Part shown: in pieces, positions 19,366-31,100 of the stretch
How positions within the stretch are numbered: the stretch's first letter is position 1
How the letters are laid out: every line of letters begins with the position of its first letter
DNA from: a candidate division FCPU426 bacterium
GTDB lineage: Bacteria > Oederibacteriota > Muellerivitia > Muellerivitales > Muellerivitaceae
Direction: 5' to 3'
DNA: 64,000 nucleotides
Assembly (NCBI GenBank): GCA_963830915.1
Contig: CAWHOE010000046.1
Coordinates: 32,001-96,000, forward strand
Translations under genes and position numbers: made by a program
Notes under the pieces: generated by a model
What the model was told of the DNA's origin: nothing
What the model saw: the letters and a program-made list of their open reading frames with translations, nothing else
The model's database searches: none

Positions 19366-21174
19366 TTATTGTCTTTGCTTGGCTTGTTTTTGACGATAGG
19401 CGGACGGCGGGAGTCCGAAAGCTTTCTTGAAACGATGGATGAAATAACTGGGAAGGGCGAACCCGGCCTGTTCCCCGACCTGGGCGACAGGAAGGGTAGT
19501 GCTTTCCAACAGTTTCCTGGCCTGGTCCAAACGCTTTTGGTTCAAATAGTCCGCGTAGCCCATCCCGAAGGCCCGGTGGAACTGACGGCTAAAATGGGAA
19601 AGGGAGAATCCCGTTCGACGGGCCATCTCCCCCATGGAGAGGGTTTCATGGAAGTTGACGTCGATATACCGCTTGGCCTGTTCCATCCGGTATGCCTTCT
19701 CCCCCCTGACCGGGGCTTTGAACAATCCCAGGAAAAAGAACAGGTGGGTCTGGAAAAGCCCCATGAACTCCCCTACCGTGCCGGCGTTCTCGTACTTCCC
19801 CGCCAGATCACCGGAAAGCTCCTCCAGTTGACGGGGTTCCAGTAACCCTCGTTCCTTGACCCTTTCCAGCAATTGGAAAAGGAGGTTCAAAAAGTGCGCC
19901 CTTAGGACCTCCCGTTTTTGACCCGAATGGCGCAGGACCTCTTTCACGAATTGTTCCCGGGCCAATTTGACCTCTTTCTCCACACCCCGTTGCGCGGCCT
20001 TGGTCAGGTTCTGGGCCCAAAAGGCCGGGGTCAATCCGCCTTTACTTCCCGCGAACTGGTCCTGATAGAAAACTTGGGAGGCTTTTTGATGGACACCCAG
20101 ATGGAGCGCCATCACCGCCTGTTGGAACCCCTCGGGCAGGTCCTTCCAGGGAAGCCCTACATGGCTGACGCCAAATGCGAATGATCGCTTCAGTTCCTTT
20201 CGAAGCCGTTTTTCAAGGGTGAGACACAGGTCCCTGACTTGGAGCTTGGCCTGGGCGGATGATCGGCTCGGATCAGGGGACGTGAGGAATACCAACCCAT
20301 CCACCCCCATCCTCCCGCAGATCGTCTCTGGTATTTCCCGAACGATGTCGAATGCGGCCCATTGAGCCTTCACCGTTTCCACGAGATTATCGATCTCACC
20401 CAACCCTTCCCCGTCGGAAAGAACGGCGGCCAAGACCGTGTTGGGATGACGGGAGAGGCGGAATTCCTTCCGGTCCCAGGGCGCCAACTCTTGCCCCTGC
20501 CAGAAGCCCCACAATAAACGGTCGGCCTTGATGTCCACGTACCGCCACATCCGATTGGGAAGGAAAGACGCGAACACCTCATCCCTCAACCTCTCCACCT
20601 CTAGTGAAAGTCCATCCCCCTCGCCCATCAAAATCCGGCCCGCCAAATGGAGCAGATGTTCCAGGGCATCCAGGGGCTCCCGCGTCAGTAAGGGAGCCTT
20701 CAGCACTGTCTTGGCGTATTCCAAGAACGCCGGGTCGGTGGGTTGGGGCTGACGACCCACGAGTGAGATGAATGAGCGGGTCAAACCATCACGGGTAGGA
20801 AGGTCCCTGGTAAAGGACCCCGTCACCAGGCAAGCTTGGACCTTTCCCTTTTGAAGAACCGGAACGAAGAGGTCATAAAGACCTTCCCGCAAACCCAGAA
20901 CAGATTTCTGGGTTTCGAAAGCCTGTTTTAAACACCTGCGGTTATAGCGGCCCCTTTCCTCTTTCTTTCCATAATAGACCTCAAAATGGTAGGGATGGGC
21001 TTCCGGGGAGGGTGAAACGAGCGTGTACCAGAGGGAGAAGTCCTTAGGGATGACGACATAACAAGGCAGTGAAAGATAATCGGTAAAAAGGTTCGTCAAG
21101 GCCGACTGGGATAGGAACTTGGCCATCCAACCACTGGGGGGATTCTTGATTTTTCCGGTATAGGGCGGGGCCAT
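19366..21174 (-). CDS. PocR-sensor / CdaR-like / AraC HTH transcriptional regulator
   Basis: GLYDLFVPV..LVTGSF PocR-like motif; FGVS..LPEGFQQA..AL; C-terminal AraC double HTH. Confidence 0.85.
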   Translation of the reverse strand: MAPPYTGKIKNPPSGWMAKFLSQSALTNLFTDYLSLPCYVVIPKDFSLWYTLVSPSPEAHPYHFEVYYGKKEERGRYNRRCLKQAFETQKSVLGLREGLYDLFVPVLQKGKVQACLVTGSFTRDLPTRDGLTRSFISLVGRQPQPTDPAFLEYAKTVLKAPLLTREPLDALEHLLHLAGRILMGEGDGLSLEVERLRDEVFASFLPNRMWRYVDIKADRLLWGFWQGQELAPWDRKEFRLSRHPNTVLAAVLSDGEGLGEIDNLVETVKAQWAAFDIVREIPETICGRMGVDGLVFLTSPDPSRSSAQAKLQVRDLCLTLEKRLRKELKRSFAFGVSHVGLPWKDLPEGFQQAVMALHLGVHQKASQVFYQDQFAGSKGGLTPAFWAQNLTKAAQRGVEKEVKLAREQFVKEVLRHSGQKREVLRAHFLNLLFQLLERVKERGLLEPRQLEELSGDLAGKYENAGTVGEFMGLFQTHLFFFLGLFKAPVRGEKAYRMEQAKRYIDVNFHETLSMGEMARRTGFSLSHFSRQFHRAFGMGYADYLNQKRLDQARKLLESTTLPVAQVGEQAGFALPSYFIHRFKKAFGLPPSAYRQKQAKQRQ

Positions 21175-21229
21175 GGCACCTTCTCCAAAGGGATTCGATG
21201 AAGGCTATTTTACAGGCCCAACCGCTTCT

Positions 21230-22300
21230 TTATTTGTTTTTCGCCCGATCGTATTGCTTGGGCCAGGGCATTTCCTGTTTCAACTCCCTGGCGGCGCGCA
21301 AAGCGAAATAAGGATCCCTCAACATTTCCCGGGCCATCAGGACAATGTCTGCCTGCCCTGACCTGACGATATGGTCGGCCTGGGTGGAATGGGTGATGAC
21401 CCCCACCGCGCCGGTCAGGATGCCCGATTCCCGTTTGACCCTCTCGGCCAGGGCGGTCTGATAGCCCGGCCCAATGGGGATGGTGATACCGGGGATATTC
21501 CCGCCGGAAGAGCAATCGATCAGGTCCACACCCAGTCCTTTCAACTCGCCCGCCAGGGTCACGGACTGGCCAATGGTCCATCCTTCCGGTTCCACCCAAT
21601 CGGTCACGGACAAACGCACGAAGAGAGGTTTTTGCTCTGGCCAAACCTGCCGGACGGCCTTGACGATGTCCTTCAAAAGCCTGGTCCGGTTCTCGAAGGA
21701 ACCGCCGTATTCATCCTTACGGTGGTTGCTGACGGGGGAAAGGAACTCGTGGACCAGATAACCATGGGCCCCATGGATCTCGATGATATCCATGCCAGCG
21801 TTCAGGGACCTGGCCGCCGCCTCCTTGAACTTGTTCACGATCTTTTGGATGCCCTCGATGGTCAATTCGGCCGGCAGGGGCGAGCGTTCGTCGAAGGGGA
21901 TCTCACTGGGCGCTGAGGGTGTCCATCCCCCTTCCGCTTTGTTAAGGCCCTTATTCCCTTTCCAAGGCGAGCTGTTGCTGGCCTTTCTCCCGGCGTGGGC
22001 CAACTGGATGCCCGGCACCGAGCCCTGGGACTTGATGAACTTGGTGATGTTCAACAACTTGTCGATATGGTCGTCTTTCCAAAGTCCCAGGTCATCGGGA
22101 GTGATGCGGCCTTCCGGTTCCACCGCCGTGGCCTCGGTCAGGACCAATCCCGCCCCGCCCACCGCACGGCTACCCAGATGGACCATGTGCCAATCGTTGG
22201 CGAACCCATCCTCGCTGGAATACTCGCACATGGGGGAAACGGCGATACGGTTGCGTAAAGTAACGCTTCTAAGGGTGAGAGGTTCGAACAAATGGGGCAT
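21230..22300 (-). CDS. namA: NADH:flavin oxidoreductase (old yellow enzyme, YqjM/NamA class)
   Basis: LFEPLTLR..NRIAVSPMCEYS, QLAHAGRKA, HGAHGYL..EFLSP..N.R.DEYGGSFENR, REMLRDPY. Confidence 0.9.
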   Translation of the reverse strand: MPHLFEPLTLRSVTLRNRIAVSPMCEYSSEDGFANDWHMVHLGSRAVGGAGLVLTEATAVEPEGRITPDDLGLWKDDHIDKLLNITKFIKSQGSVPGIQLAHAGRKASNSSPWKGNKGLNKAEGGWTPSAPSEIPFDERSPLPAELTIEGIQKIVNKFKEAAARSLNAGMDIIEIHGAHGYLVHEFLSPVSNHRKDEYGGSFENRTRLLKDIVKAVRQVWPEQKPLFVRLSVTDWVEPEGWTIGQSVTLAGELKGLGVDLIDCSSGGNIPGITIPIGPGYQTALAERVKRESGILTGAVGVITHSTQADHIVRSGQADIVLMAREMLRDPYFALRAARELKQEMPWPKQYDRAKNK

Positions 22301-22570
22301 GGACGCGACTCCCAGGGAAATGATGAACAACCTGCATCAAGATAAGGGGGCTTAGGTGGCTTTTCAAGTTCCGTCATCAAGACTTAACATCCGTTTTTCA
22401 AGGCAATCCAATGTCGGCGTCTTCTATATAGCGACCACTTCCAAAAATAAAAAAATTCCCGAGGTAGCCATCATGACAAGGGTCTGGGAGTCCCAAAAGC
22501 ATGACAGATATCATAAATACAACCTTCCTTTTCACCCATGATATGCCCCATCCAACACAGGGAGCGCCTC

Positions 22571-25500
22571 ATGGACACTCCAAGCAAACGGGAAATACCT
22601 TACAACTACACCTCGGCCGACGACGAACAGGTCGTCCGGATACTCATGGGCGAAAAGGTCTGGGAGTCCCTGGAAAGACTTCGTGCCCGCCGGGTTACGG
22701 GCCGTTCTTCCCGCCTCCTGATGCGCTTCATCGGCGATATGTTCATCCTTCGACGTAATCCCTTCCTATATCAAGAGATGGTGGATTCGATGGAATCGCG
22801 TCGTCAGTTCCTGAAGATCTACCAGTCCGACCTGGAAGCCCTCCATAAAAGCACTGGCGGCGACCAGGACATCATCTGGGTCCTCCAACAATGTCAGGAT
22901 TATCTGGACCGTCTAAAAGCAGAAATGGCCTCGGTCAAGGGCCTGCGTGCCCGTATCCGCCGGGTCCTAGGTTCCATCATCGGGGAAGAGAACGTCCTTT
23001 TCGACCCCTTCGCCCTCATCAGTCACGTGACCGATGCCACCGACTGGCGGCTTTATATGCCAGCCGCCGTGGTCTTTCCGGGCGAGGAATCCCAGATGCC
23101 AGCCCTCTTGGTGGCCATCGAGAAGCTGGGTTTGAAAGCCATTCCCCGCGGGGCCGGAACGGGCCTGACCGGGGGCGCCGTCCCGGTCGCCGGCGACTGC
23201 GTCATGATCAATTTGGAAAAATTGGACAAGATCCGGGGGTTTTCTGAAAGGCATTTCGACCTACCGGATGGGAACACCCAAACCGCCAAGATATTGGAGG
23301 TGGAAGCCGGGGTCGTGACCGATGACGCCATCCATGCCGCTAAAAAGATAGGCTGGGTCTTTGCCACCGACCCCACCAGCGCTTGGGCCAGTACCATCGG
23401 GGGCAACCTGGCCGAGAACGCCGGGGGTAAGACGGCCGTACTCTGGGGCACCGCCATCGACAATGTCCTTTCCTTCAAAATGGCCTTGCCGGGCGGGAAA
23501 ACCGTGATTGTCAAACGCAAGAAACATCCCCTGCGCAAGATCCTGCACTCGGACAAGGTCACATTCCTGGTCCGGGACGGGGTAACCAACGAGATCCTCA
23601 ACACCATCGAGTTGGCGGGACTGGATATCCGCAAAAAGGACGTCTGGAAGGACATCACCAACAAGGCGCTCGGCGGGGTGCCGGGACTGCAAAAGGAAGG
23701 CACCGACGGGGTCATCACCTCTGCCCGTTTCGTCCTCTATCCCGCTTATGAATATATGCGTACCGGATGCCTGGAGTTTTTCGGTGAGAATATGGACGAG
23801 GCCGGCAAGGTCATCCTGAACCTTTCACGTGATTTCGAGAACAAGGGCCGGGAAACTCTCATGGCCCTGGAGCATTTTGACGAGGAATATGTCCGTGCCA
23901 TCGACTACAAGGTCAAGGCTGGAAGGGGTGACCGGCCCAAAGCCGTCCTTCTGATAGATTTGGTGGCCCATGACCAGGCCGACCTGGCCCTGGGCGAGAA
24001 ACGCCTGAAGGACCTGGTGGAGCGCTACCCTAACACCGAACTGTTCATGGCCAGGGACAACCAGGAAGGGGTGAAGTTCTGGGCGGACCGCAAGCGCCTG
24101 GGCGCCATTTCCAAACACACGAACGCGTTCAAACTCAACGAGGATATCGTCCTTCCCTTGAAAGCCCTGGCCGGCTTTTCCACTTACATCGACCAGACCA
24201 ACGTAGCTGAGGAAAAATACAACCAAGTCAGTTTCGTAGAGGCGGTCCGGGCCTTTTTGAGCCAGGCCCAGGAAGCCGAGGACGCCGATTGGCTGGCCGC
24301 CAAGGGACCGGCTGCCGAGAAACTATGCAAAAAAGCCCTGAAAGAGATCGAATCCTCGGAAAAAAAACCCCTGAGGGAAGGCAAACCCGCCCTGGCCTTG
24401 AGGGACGACCTGCTTGTGCTGTTCAACGGTTACGCCGCCGTTTGCCAGGCCATCGAGAAACTCCATAAAACGACCCGTTCCCGTGTGATCGTCATCGCCA
24501 CCCATATGCACGCCGGGGACGGCAACGTGCACGTGAACATCCCAGTCTTTTCCAATGACCACGAGATGCTTCGCCGAGCCTTCGACACAGCCGACACGGT
24601 CATGCGCCATGTGGTGGAACTGGGCGGCGTGGTCAGCGGAGAACACGGCATCGGCGTCACCAAACTCAAGCATCTTGAGAAGGACAGATTGGCAGGCTTT
24701 GGCCGCTTACCGCCAGGTCGTGGACCCCAATGGCGTTATGAACCCCGGCAAGCTTTCGGATATGGAAGTTCCCAATCAGGTCTTCACTCCATCCTTCAAT
24801 CTATTGGAATTGGAAGCCCGGATATTACAGAACGACTCCCTTTTCGAGCTGGCAGGAAAAATCTCCAAGTGCGTGCGTTGCGGCAAATGCAAACCGGACT
24901 GCTGTGTCTTTCATCCGGGGAAGAACATGTTTTTCCATCCCCGCAATAAGAACCTGGCTATCGCCGCCATCATCGAGGCCCTACTCTACGACGCCCAGAG
25001 GTCGCGATCTATCCAATTCGAGTTCCTGAAAGAGTTGGAGGAGATCGCCGACCATTGCACCATCTGCCATAAGTGCCTGAAACCCTGCCCGGTGGATATC
25101 GACACCGGCGTCATTTCCATCTTGGAAAGACGCATCCTGGCCGCCCGAAAATACAAGCACACAGCCCTGGCCACTAAAATGTCCCTGGGCTACCTGAAGA
25201 GCCGCTCCAAGTTCTACAACGCCCTTTTCCGAAAAGTGGTCCTGGACTGGGGAATGACCGGCCAGAGGTTGGGAGCCAGGGTTATCGCCCTGATTCCCAA
25301 TGTTGAAAATTGGAAGGCGGTCTGGCCTTTCAACATGCTTCGCAATCCCATGCCCAAGGCGGCCCACGAAACCCTGCACGCCATCCTGCCCAAGGTGGAG
25401 AATTACCAAGCTTTGATCCTGGATCCCGAAGCCGAGGCGACGAAAACCGTGTTTTACTTTCCCGGTTGTGGTTCGGAACGCCTTTATTCGGACATCAGCA

Positions 25501-26192
25501 AGGCTTCCCTCTACCTGATGTTGAAGGCAGGCATCCGAGTGGTCCTGCCGCCGCCCTTCCTGTGCTGCGGCTTCCCCATCAACGTGAACGCCCAGACCGC
25601 GGATAACGACCGACGGGTGCTGAACGACACCATCATCTTTACCCAGATCAAGGAAATGATGAGGCACCTGAACTTCGACGCCTGTGTGGTTTCCTGCGGG
25701 ACATGCAAGGAAGCCCTGCACGAGATGGGGACCGAAGAGATATTCGCCGCCCCCCTGGAGGATGTCAGCCGCTTCGCCCTCTCCAACGGCCTGAAGCTTG
25801 AAGCAGGCGGGGACTACCTATACCACAAGCCATGCCACGATTCGCTAAGTGGGACTGCGCTGGACCTGCTCAAGAAAAAAGTAGGTGTCTCCATCAAGGA
25901 AGTACCGCATTGCTGTTCGGAAGCCGGTACCCTGGCTTTGAGCCGTCCTGATATCGCCTATAACATGCTGGATCGTAAGACCATCGCGGTCAAGGAAGCG
26001 TTGAAAGGCCGTGAGAAGGACGGCGTCATGCTGACCAACTGCCCCAGCTGTTTGCAGGGATTAGGACGCAACGCGAGCCTGGGAGTGAAACCCCGCCATA
26101 TCGCGGTGGAACTGGCCCATAGGGCCGGTGGGAAAACCTGGCAAAAGGAACTTAAGACCTTGCTCAAGGGCGCTGAAATCGTGAATTTCTAG
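22571..26192 (+). CDS. Large FAD-linked oxidoreductase with Fe-S and Cys-rich (CCG) domains, split by a frameshift near 24691
   Basis: REIPYNYTS N-terminus, PRGAGTGLTGG, HAGDGNVH, GEHGIG; downstream frame has DPNGVMNPGKL, CxxCxxC, CCG and NCPSC. GGAG RBS before 22571. Confidence 0.88.
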
Positions 26193-26258
26193 AGACCAAC
26201 GGTAAGGTCGATTTAAATCTCTTAACACCACGTCAATCTGATTTGACGCGTTCAACTT

Positions 26259-27158
26259 CTATTGACCCTTTGGTTTGGGAAAAGGAAATTCGGCTTGGAG
26301 GTTATCTGAAGAATCGGCCTGGCTGAAAATGATCGTCGCTTTATCGCTGGTACATTTTATATCCGTGATGACCGACCCAGCTTTGTAATGATAAGGCGAA
26401 AGGTCCACTGGTTCGGCGGCGACCTTGCATCCACTCTCATCCAGAACTAGAAAAACCAGGTAATCTTTCAAAATGACTTTGCCTTGCGGGTCTTGGGTGC
26501 CGTCACCAGCGGAGGCCAGGAACGCGGCCGTTCCCGAATCAACAGACCAGCCGACCGGATCATGGAGCGCCACGTTCACACTCATGTCCGGGAGTGATTT
26601 TTGAAAAAGGTTAATCTTCCCATTTTTCGCGTAAAGCCATATCATCCCGGCCGGCCCATCCCCTAACTGGATCAAACCTATGGAATCGGATTGGTCCTTT
26701 CCGTCAAATACAACCAAGAGGTTTTGATTCCCCGGTGAAAGAGAAAATTGCTTCAAGGGCTGGAACTGTTTGGAATCGGTCGGGTTGGCAAGATCCAACT
26801 GGACGAACGAGTATCGAGGTCCTCCATCCACAACCCGGGGAGTCGTACGGCAGACCAGGTTCAAATGACCGCCCAAAAGGGCGTAATCATTGATGGCATA
26901 AACGTTCAAAGGATAAACGATCCCTGTATTGCTGAATTTATTCAGGATGGTCACACCGATGGTAGGGCCCGCTTGGGGAACTAGCGAATCGTCAAGACCG
27001 GGGAGCGTCTCGGAGAGGCTCACTTTGTAATCGATGTTCTCAACCGCGACAGGAGAAGCCTTAAGCGTCGAGTAAGCGGTTAGAAGAAAAACAAAAGAAA
27101 ACATAAACACGCGGAACATGGAAAACTCCCAATTCTCATTTCTTAACTGTATGACCAT
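26259..27158 (-). CDS. Hypothetical exported protein
   Basis: 299-aa ORF; signal-peptide-like segment from the ATG at 27119; beta-rich; no family recognised. Confidence 0.6.
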   Translation of the reverse strand: MVIQLRNENWEFSMFRVFMFSFVFLLTAYSTLKASPVAVENIDYKVSLSETLPGLDDSLVPQAGPTIGVTILNKFSNTGIVYPLNVYAINDYALLGGHLNLVCRTTPRVVDGGPRYSFVQLDLANPTDSKQFQPLKQFSLSPGNQNLLVVFDGKDQSDSIGLIQLGDGPAGMIWLYAKNGKINLFQKSLPDMSVNVALHDPVGWSVDSGTAAFLASAGDGTQDPQGKVILKDYLVFLVLDESGCKVAAEPVDLSPYHYKAGSVITDIKCTSDKATIIFSQADSSDNLQAEFPFPKPKGQ

Positions 27159-27232
27159 GATAGAGTTCTTTTAAGTCTTTTTAAACACTCCAAGGGCGGT
27201 GAAATTGACGGGGGTCCAAAGAAGAACGATCT

Positions 27233-27799
27233 CTAATTACGTTTAAAAGTAAGCGTTAATTTGGAGTTGGGAGGGTGGACAGGTTTGACCCTTTGGAATT
27301 GAGCTTCTTCTGCTTGCCGTTTTTTTTCAAGGGCTTGGATCCTCAAGAAATCCTCTTTATTCACCGCCGCGAAATGGATCTCCGCCCGGAACAAGGGCCT
27401 TTTCAACTCAAAAAAAGTCTCGGTCTTGACCACCCTGGCCAACACCCGCATCTGGGTCTTATAGCGGGACATATACAGGTATAGCTGGAGTATCTCCTTG
27501 GTCGTAAAGACGGTATCCCCGGTCAGGAAAAGCTCGCCATACGACACATTTTTATCGATGACATAGTAGAGATCCTGGTCCGGAAGAGGAGCTTTTTGGA
27601 ATATTTTCTTGCGGGCGGTTTTCTTGACCTTGATTCGGTGGTATTTCACCTCGACAATGGATTGGATCGCCCCCTGGAAATGCTTTTCCAGCCATCCTGT
27701 TTTCTGCCTCACGTAAGCTTTCCCCTTTTTATTGGATCCTGATCTTGTCAGATCGTTTCTAACAGTGTGCTGAAAATATCCACCCTGTCTAGCAGCCAT
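27233..27799 (-). CDS. Degenerate PilZ-like domain protein
   Basis: NVSYGELFL, ARVVK and EIHF resemble PilZ strands; no clear RxxxR motif. Confidence 0.5.
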   Translation of the reverse strand: MAARQGGYFQHTVRNDLTRSGSNKKGKAYVRQKTGWLEKHFQGAIQSIVEVKYHRIKVKKTARKKIFQKAPLPDQDLYYVIDKNVSYGELFLTGDTVFTTKEILQLYLYMSRYKTQMRVLARVVKTETFFELKRPLFRAEIHFAAVNKEDFLRIQALEKKRQAEEAQFQRVKPVHPPNSKLTLTFKRN

Positions 27800-27902
27800 G
27801 GGTCTGGAGTGAATCTCCTTACCCTTATTTCGTCACCGGAAAAAATAATTTAAGTCATAAGAGAACACCTTGCTACCCAAGTGTTATTTGCGACCAAAAA
27901 AA

Positions 27903-27927
27903 GAAAAGTCTGTTCTTCAGACTTTTC
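27903..27927. promoter_or_regulatory. Perfect 10-bp inverted repeat in a divergent intergenic region
   Basis: GAAAAGTCTG-TTCTT-CAGACTTTTC. Confidence 0.4.
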
Positions 27928-28176
27928 AACAACCTGCTAAAGATACCACGCTTCCACTAGGCGTCCAGTTCGCTATACATCAAGCCGAAAGGCCGCAAGC
28001 TTCTTTATCATTAAACCATTCAGTTTTTTAAGGAAACACTTTCCCCTTTTTTCCCAGGTCCGGCGGGCTTAAACCTTAAAAGAACGGTACAATAATTCAG
28101 ATACCATCAGGTAGGCCGCCATTACGCTTTGGGGAGATGAACCACGGGAACCCGAAAACATCCCTTAACTATCCAA

Positions 28177-31100
28177 TTGCTTTTCCAATTCCTTTACTTT
28201 CTTGTTTGTTTCAGTCCCAACCTCTGGGCCCAGAACGCTGTCACGGTCACCACGAATGCTGGTAACCAAAGCTTTGGGTCCTTTGGTTATGCCGTCACGG
28301 ACTTGAATGCCTTAGGGGATGGGACTCTCACTTTTAGTTCTCCAGCTAACATCGTCCTGGCCCTTCCCATTCCCTCCTTTTCTAACAATGTCACCTTCAC
28401 AGGCGGTGGTCTTTCCTATGACACGCTCAATGGACAAGACATTGCTCCGGCCCAGTTGTTTTTCCAAAAAAGTTTCACACAATCCGATTACTTGAGCCTT
28501 TTGGGCGGAGGAACTGCCGCCGGTCTTGATGCTTCAGTTACCGCCTCCGCCTGGACTATCAATCCTGGAGCGTCGGTCTACATGGCCGCCGGTACCGGAG
28601 CGGCCACCAGTGGCACTAACGGCGTGGGGTTAACCGGGTTTTCTGGCGGCGACGCTTCTGTGACCATTGGAACCCTAGTGCTGAATTCCATCGCGGGCGC
28701 GGTCCTTAATGGAGGCACAGGCGGATCCCTATCGGATGTGAATGGGACTGGGGACGAGGCCGGATCTGGAGGCGGCGCCTTGATGGCCGGGAATGCCCTC
28801 ACTCTGACAGGCGCTAACATCTCCCTGAATGGAGGCCTTGGCGGCGACGGGACCGATACTGGAACTGGCACACCCACGGGTGGAGATGGAGGAACGGCCA
28901 GTGTCTCCTTCATGACCCTTTCCGCCAGTTCCCACTCAAACCTAACCCTTACTGGAGGTAATGGCGGCTATGCGGACACTGCTGGAGATGGTGGCTCCGC
29001 CTCGGCTCAGCTTAGCGTTGTATCCATCAGCCAATCCCAGCTCAACCTTCAGGGCCATGACGGACGAGGCGGCATCAACGGTGGAGGAGCCGGAGGTTCC
29101 GCTTCCGTCTCCCTCGGAACACTGTCTGAAATCCTGGGTTCCACATTTCAGATCATGGGTGGTAATGGGAACGCGGGGCCCTCGAGCGCTGGCGACGGAG
29201 GCTCCGCTTTCATCGTTGGCGGATCAGCGTCCGTAACCGCGTCCCAATTCAACATCACTGGCGGTAGCGGTGGAAGTCCGGACCCCATTACCGGAAGTCC
29301 TGGCATCGCGGGAAATGGAGGAGTTGGCGGTAATGCCGGCGTTTCCTTGAATACCCTAACGGCTGATAGCGAATCATCCCTCAAGTTGATCGGGGGAAAC
29401 GGGGGCATCGGCGGTTCCCAGACCACCGCTGGCCAAGGGGGCGATGGCGGAAGTGTTACCTTGATCCTGAGTTCGTTATCCGAGGGAACCTCGGTCCAAT
29501 ATTATGTCCAAGCCGGAACTGGAGGCGGGGGCGGAAGCGGGACAAGTGGTGGGAATGGTGGAAATGGCGGCGACGCTTTCGTTACCGTCTCAAACTTGAC
29601 CCTTGGGGCGGGATCCCTGTTCAGTGCCACTTCAGGAGCGGGAGGCGCGGGAGGAAGCACTGGCGTCAATGGAACCGGGGGTATTTGTACCGCCGATATC
29701 GGCTCCGTGACCATGACCGCGGGTTCCACTTTCATCGCCGCCGGCACGAACGCTAACGCCGCTGTCAGCGCGTTGAACGGTAACGGATTCGTCAGCGTAG
29801 GAGGCCTTCAAGTCTTGGCAGGTACTTATAATGGCGTCATCAACGGCAATTCCATGTTGGTTCCCACGGCCGGTAATTTCACCTTCACTGGCACAGCAAA
29901 CCTCACAAACGGATTGAGTATCGTCGGCGGGAATTTCGGGCTAGGAATAGGACCTTCCGCCAACGCGGTCATCAATGGCAATGTCAATATCACGAACGGC
30001 GCCGGGACCGGCGTTCTCTGGGGCTATGGTAAGATCAACGGTACTGTCACCAACTCGGCTTTCGTTGATCCTTATGGTCCATCCTCTATCCAGACTGCCT
30101 CTCTTATCATCACTCAATATACTCAGACCTCTTCCGGCGTCTTGGGATTATTCGTTAATCCGGGTGACAATCAAACGAGTGATCTGATCGTTTCAGGCGC
30201 TAATCTCTCAGGCACACTTTCAACATCCTGGAACCTGGGAAGTAATTTCGGATTCAGGGACCGTTATCAGATCATATCCGGGGGACCTATCACGGGCACC
30301 TTCAATACTGTAAACATCGTTACAGGCATGTACCCGGTGGTTCTTTACGGACCTAACACGGTCACCCTGGTCATGATCAAAGACCATGCGGCTTTTTCAA
30401 CTTATGCTGAGACCGATAACGAAACGGCCGTAGGCGGAACCTTGGACGCTTCCCTTCCTTTCTGCAGTAACTCTCTGGCGGTCAAGCTCGGCGAACTATC
30501 CTCCCTTGGTTCCGGACAATCGAACGTCCTCAACCAATTGGGGGGCGTGATCTATACCGCCCTTCCCGGCGCCTTAATGGACCAGGTCCAGTATGGGGAC
30601 GAGTTGATCTTTGACCATCTGGGTTCCTCCTCGTTTTCCGGTCCCAATCTGGCAAAACTGGTCCTTCCTCCCCAGACGGACGATTCGATCTCTTTCGCCG
30701 CGAAACAAGGAAAAAGAACATCGGCTAAGTCCGCCGGATCCTCAGAAGACGGCTTTTGGCTGGAGAGTGAGGACAGCTTCGGATCCTCCGGTCCCACATC
30801 CCAAGTAACCGCTTTTAACCTCTCAAACTATGGTTTCCTAGGAGGATATGACTTCAGCTTGAACAAACAATTCAAGCTTGGCCTCTTGGGTGGATACCTT
30901 CGTTCAGGGGTGAACCCAACCGATAATTCCGCCACCGCTGATATCATCGGAGCTCAATTTGGCCTTACGGCTAAAGGAACCTTTGATATTTTCAGCGTAG
31001 GTCTATTGGGGGGGTATGTAGCGGACCATTACAACATAACCCGTTCGGTCATCATCGGTTCGGACGCCAATTCCCTGAACGGGACCTATAACGGTGGTCA

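Noticed and set aside
12559..25721. Long opposite-strand or alternate-frame ORFs (12559-13572, 13915-15021, 24981-25721; likewise 60294-61145 and 61918-63126)
   Set aside because: They lie within well-supported genes, have no motifs, and are expected from GC-rich codon bias.
27975..28030. c-di-GMP-I riboswitch suggested by a GCCGAAAGGC hairpin near a PilZ-like gene
   Set aside because: It lacks the GCAAA/GACGCAAAGC and P3 consensus. An Rfam scan would be decisive.
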